Shown here: positions 62,040-64,000 of the stretch, one piece after another
Layout: every line of letters begins with the position of its first letter
Position numbering within the stretch: position 1 is the first letter of the stretch
DNA from: Ginglymostoma cirratum
Lineage: Eukaryota
Assembly: GCA_024137785.1 (NCBI GenBank)
Contig: JAHRHZ010000031.1
Span: 4,623,684-4,687,683, forward strand
DNA: 64,000 nt
Direction: 5' to 3'
Position numbers and translations under genes: made by a program
Notes under the pieces: model-generated
Told to the model about the DNA's origin: nothing
The model's database searches: none
The model's input: only the letters and a program-made list of their open reading frames with translations

Positions 62040-62400
62040 AATGTCCAGGAGACACCTAATAGATGTATATAAAACTAGGAAGGATTTTGAAAGGTTGGGT
62101 AAGGAGAAACATTTTCCTCTAGGAAATGTGTTGGGCACCAGAGGTCATAGATTTAAACTAATTGGCAAAAGAACAAAAGAACAAAACATTTTGTTAAACA
62201 GAAGATCACTAAGATCTGAAACAGAATAGCTGAAGGAATCAAATTCCAAAGGCACTTGGAAATTTACTTGAAGGTGACCATTTTGCAGGGTAATGGGGAA
62301 ACAGCCAGGGTGTGGAACCAAGTTGGAAATTTCTTTCAAATATCTGGTACAGGCGCAAGAAACCTCCTGTACGATAAGGTCATATGATTCTGTTGGCATG
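62040..62400 (+). mobile_element. CR1 3' fragment
   Basis: LIDVYK..FPL...GTRGHRFKLIGKR, then the 3' UTR ending 'catatgattc'. Confidence 0.75.
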
Positions 62401-63400
62401 GTACAGATATTGGACATTGTTGCACCTGCTTGGTGTTCACCCAAATTTTTCATATGCAATGCTGGCAAGTCAGACTCCCCACGAGGAGCACAAAACGTTA
62501 ATTGATGATCCAAGCACAATTTTAATGATCAGTGTTTTTTTCGTAGCACCAATGCAACAGATCAAGTCTGAGATGTGAAGTGTATGTTTTTGCAGTGAAC
62601 TAAAGGAGAGAATATTATACTGATTTTTCTTCCAGTTTGGTTTTTGTAACAATATTCTGCCTGAATCCAATCCAGTTCATCAAAGAAAATTGTTGTAACA
62701 AATAGTAACACAGATCACATGTGAAACAGCATCAAAGTTTAATTGTTTGTAATGACCATGCCTGATAGTTCATGGTAAATCCAAACACTTAAATGTTTCC
62801 AGACAGGTAAAACAACGTCTCATAATAAATGTTGGCACAGCAGCAATTTTTGCACAGCTGAATGGTTTTATGAGGCATATGGGCTTTTGCTTTGCTCTGA
62901 TGGATATTTCATTTTTCTTCCACTCTATAACACTACCATTAATTGTTTTCTCTGTGTCGAGTTCATCATATTTTATTGATGTATTCACTTTTCGACATTA
63001 CCAAACTTTTGTCCTTTATTTTTTGCCTGAGCGATCATAAATTTCCCTTCCTTATAATTCTTCTGTTCATTTTTGAGACTTGCTGGTTGTAGAGCATTGA
63101 TCCAGAATTCATATGAAACTGCAAAAACTAACGGTAGTTTCAGTTTAATGAGATCTGACCACAGTCGAGATGAACCATCCCCACATTATGCAGCTCACTG
63201 AGTGTAATGCCAAGGTCAGAGATATGTTCTTATGCAAGAAGAAGTCCTTGAAGAGGTAGCAACTAAGTAAAGCTGCAAAGATCCAAAAATCTGTTGCAGT
63301 CAGATCTGTATCCAAACTCCCACCATCTGTAAAATCCTATGAGGAACAATTTGATTCACCTTTAAGGCACAGGTAATCTTTTCATTGTCCACTGCTGTTT
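62400..63400 (-). pseudogene. Unidentified decayed protein-coding relic
   Basis: ORF 62770-62988 reads through one TGA into TIRHGHYKQLNFDAVSHVIC. Flanking frames also look protein-like with frameshifts. Family not recognised. Confidence 0.35.
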
Positions 63401-63494
63401 CAAGAAGATGATTAAAACCTTAGCATTGAAATAGTGATGTAAGGAATTACAGGCTGCTTACATCATGAAGAAACCTTCACAGACATTTCCAATT

Positions 63495-63637
63495 AAAAGC
63501 AAAGTACTGTAGATGATTCAGATTTGAAATTTGTAAAAAAAAGTTCAGGAAAAACTCAGCAGATCTGGCGGCATTTGTGGAGAGATGCACTGAAGCTACC
63601 AGAACTGCAGAGTTTCTCCAGCATTTTCAGTTTTTAA
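63495..63637. mobile_element. Decayed PLE mini fold-back insertion
   Basis: 'aaaagcaaagtactgtagatg...aaaactcagcagatctggcggcatttgtggagag' is followed by the inverted 'gagtttctccagcattttcagttttt'. Confidence 0.6.
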
Positions 63638-64000
63638 ATCAACGTTCTCAAGTTAGATTATGGTTGAGAAAGCGGGTAAGGAGTGTGCAGTCCTGGTGCA
63701 CCTTACTGGAAACCTTATTGTTTTAAATTTACATAAATCACTATGACTGGAAACTTACACCAGTCAAAATTGTTGATGCAAAACTGACAGTGGAATCAGA
63801 TGATATAGCTCAAACGTTGTAGAGAGTTGCTCAAAAAACAGGTGTGAAGTGCAGAAAATATAAAGTACTGAATGAGGAATCAAAAAAAGAACAAATAGAG
63901 TAAACATAATTCAAAAAGAATTCAAGGCAAGTTGAAGGAAGTCATAATCAAACTGTACAGTCTTCTGGGCATAGAAACATATCTAAATAGGAAAGGAGAG

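Noticed and set aside
1-64000. CRISPR array, operon or prokaryotic defence system
   Set aside because: No regularly spaced repeat-spacer array, very low coding density, and vertebrate-type retroelements throughout.

Overview
Repeat-dominated vertebrate genomic DNA, most likely a shark (elasmobranch): it carries an HE1-type V-SINE, CR1/HER1-like LINEs and Deu-like SINEs. I found no host protein-coding exon, so the window looks intergenic or deep intronic. Almost every ORF in the track is a transposon relic or a chance frame. Elements present are CR1 LINEs (one young 5'-truncated copy at 2.1-4.3 kb, one near-full-length copy at 46-50 kb), a second LINE family with its partner tRNA-SINE, L2 and Rex1/Babar fragments, Gypsy relics (one with Gmr1-like integrase-before-RT order), hAT and Harbinger relics, microsatellites and a 400-N gap. 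The most structured signal is a set of Penelope-like element (PLE) insertions from three sequence families, here labelled A, B and C. Many form fold-back inverted repeats bounded by 8-19 bp target-site duplications (TSDs), carry minimal hammerhead-ribozyme motifs, and have one arm ending at a fixed point about 30-35 nt short of the other. Other leads are a CpG-retaining segment with tandem IRF-type motifs (41.0-41.4 kb), an apparent SINE-head/CR1 chimera nested in Rex1, and an unidentified decayed coding relic (62.4-63.4 kb). All family assignments come from motif recognition by eye, and boundaries of old relics are approximate.
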